DNA of 58,241 nt, filler included, from Stramenopiles sp. TOSAG23-2 (Eukaryota), in assembly GCA_900128395.1 (NCBI GenBank). It is 6 parts of 6 records of this genome, joined end to end, with 100 filler letters (N's around TTAATTAATTAA, not from the genome) between each part and the next. Parts side by side here need not be neighbours in the genome. Positions count along the whole stretch, not along the records: positions 48,660 to 58,241 come from LT650095.1; 5 more parts are not named here. One strand, written 5' to 3'. The notes beneath the pieces are model-generated. The model worked only from the letters and a program-made list of their open reading frames with translations. It was not told the origin of the DNA and did no database searches. Made by a program: the position numbers and the translations under genes. The stretch's first letter is position 1, and every line of letters begins with the position of its first letter. Shown piece after piece: positions 56,790 to 58,241 of the stretch.

Positions 56790-57558
56790 CATTATCTTCC
56801 TTTCGATCAGCTTCTGTCATATCATTTGATAATTTTACTATCGCAACATCAAACATATTATACATATCAGCTTGTAAACCATATCCTAAACCGGTAACAC
56901 ATGGAAACAATTGGCATAAAAATCCAGCTGCCATATGGATATCATCTACACTATATATAAAACATTTTGAAAAATTCATATTTAACTCACTTTTTGGATG
57001 AGAATTAAATAAAAGTATTTGTTTACCATTGTTTGATATTACTACTAATGCTGCTTCCCCACCTTTTACAAATAATAATGCAGTGGGTGCATTGTTACAA
57101 TGTTTACGTGTGACATAACCTAACAATTCAAAAAATAACATATGTTCTAAACCATCCTTTAAACATTTTTGTTCACGTTTGCATAAACTAAGTTGTGAAC
57201 TATATTGTTGACTAAAAATAACATCATCTAAATCTAGATGCCCTCGACGACCAACACTTTTATACATATTTATACCATTTTCCATTGCTTCTATCAATAC
57301 TTCTGGTTTAAAATCTTCTTTTTCAATGATTTCATTGGTACCACATATTTTTAATATACGTACAGCAGCTTCACATGCAATTGCAACACATGCAGATCTA
57401 CCGTTTTCATAATCAAATTGTGATTTTATTGAATTAATGTACCAAGATGGTTCTTTTTTTTGTTGTGTTGTATTATTAGCATTATTATTTGTATCATTTA
57501 CATCATTACTATTTCCTTGTTCCTCTGCATTAGTAGTAGCAGTGACAAAACCAGACAT
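56632..57558 (-). CDS. Hypothetical protein with cysteine-protease-like motifs (308 aa)
   Basis: ATG at 57558 (MSGFVTA...); SQFD...GRSACVAIA and ILLFNSHP. Confidence 0.65.
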   Translation of the reverse strand: MSGFVTATTNAEEQGNSNDVNDTNNNANNTTQQKKEPSWYINSIKSQFDYENGRSACVAIACEAAVRILKICGTNEIIEKEDFKPEVLIEAMENGINMYKSVGRRGHLDLDDVIFSQQYSSQLSLCKREQKCLKDGLEHMLFFELLGYVTRKHCNNAPTALLFVKGGEAALVVISNNGKQILLFNSHPKSELNMNFSKCFIYSVDDIHMAAGFLCQLFPCVTGLGYGLQADMYNMFDVAIVKLSNDMTEADRKEDNVPVAQQLQQMQHGGSGTTNVNTNNGNDVQLTPDLQALVSQGIISREAAIGMM

Positions 57559-57672
57559 GGCGCGCGCTAGATATACAATTATTTGTATCATTTACATCAT
57601 TACTATTTCCTTGTTCCTCTGCATTAGTAGTAGCAGTGACAAAACCAGACATGGCGCGCGCTAGATATACAA
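57485..57672. repeat. Exact 94-bp tandem duplication spanning the start codon
   Basis: 57485-57578 is identical to 57579-57672. Confidence 0.95.
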
Positions 57673-58241
57673 TCTAATCTAAATGGTATGATTCGTCTTG
57701 ATGATTGACAATATCGTATATGTTTACTGTTGTTTTTTTTACCATTCTAAACCATTAGCTTATATGTAATTATATATATGTATATGTGCATATATATAAA
57801 ATATTGAACAATAGCAAAAAAATGGAAAAATAGATTTTTTAGATTTTTTTTTAGATTTTTTGATTTTTTCAGAAAATATGTGTGAGATTTAAGGTATGGG
57901 ATGAGGGATGAGCTGCAGCAGGGAAGACAATAAAAAACTCTACCAGAGGTATAGTGTGCTAGTAGTTACCATGGAATACTTTTGCACGGTGTGATTTAAG
58001 GTGCAAATCATCTGCAAAATATGGCCTATGGCCCATCCTCCCATCTGCAAATACGTTATAAAAAAAAAGACAAAAACTAATAAAAAAATTGTTTATATAA
58101 GAAAATAAGCAACAGTGTTCATGCAGAAAGTTGAAAAAATCATTTCCTACGATTTACTCCCTCCGTCCCTCCTGGCCCTCCCTTTCCCCTGGCACGCTTT
58201 CAAAATTTAAATATGGCATATTATATTCAACCGGTAAAGAG

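Overview
This is AT-rich, intron-poor eukaryotic nuclear DNA (standard code, poly-Asn tracts) from a flagellated protist, plausibly a heterotrophic stramenopile (inference). The window is not contiguous: five identical 100-nt linkers (44 N + TTAATTAATTAA + 44 N) join six length-sorted contigs of 9651, 9638, 9628, 9625, 9617 and 9582 bp. Recognisable genes are WDR5-like, CFAP20, DNAJC1-like, kinesin, CLPTM1, transportin-3, Tom22, CEP120 (partial), an SPP/PqqL-like M16 peptidase, Dad1, ASF1-like, ODAD3-like, a dynein heavy chain C-terminus, LarB, a sirtuin, full-size ABCD, HAT1, NAT10, a MORN protein and glycerate kinase. The best novelty candidates are: (1) a ~940-nt GC-enriched, densely structured minus-strand RNA-like element with no long ORF (47410-48348), with nested long-range helices, GNRA tetraloops, an 11-nt tetraloop receptor and a GUGCG start but no recognisable group II domain V; (2) a SAP-SAP-TIR-HhH protein resembling a DNA-sensing NADase; (3) a LarB with a mitochondrial-type presequence; (4) a membrane-anchored tandem-WH2 protein; (5) a 400-bp repeat that also forms the kinesin upstream region; (6) a MITE. 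Eight 94-197 bp tandem duplications at gene ends are probably assembly artefacts.
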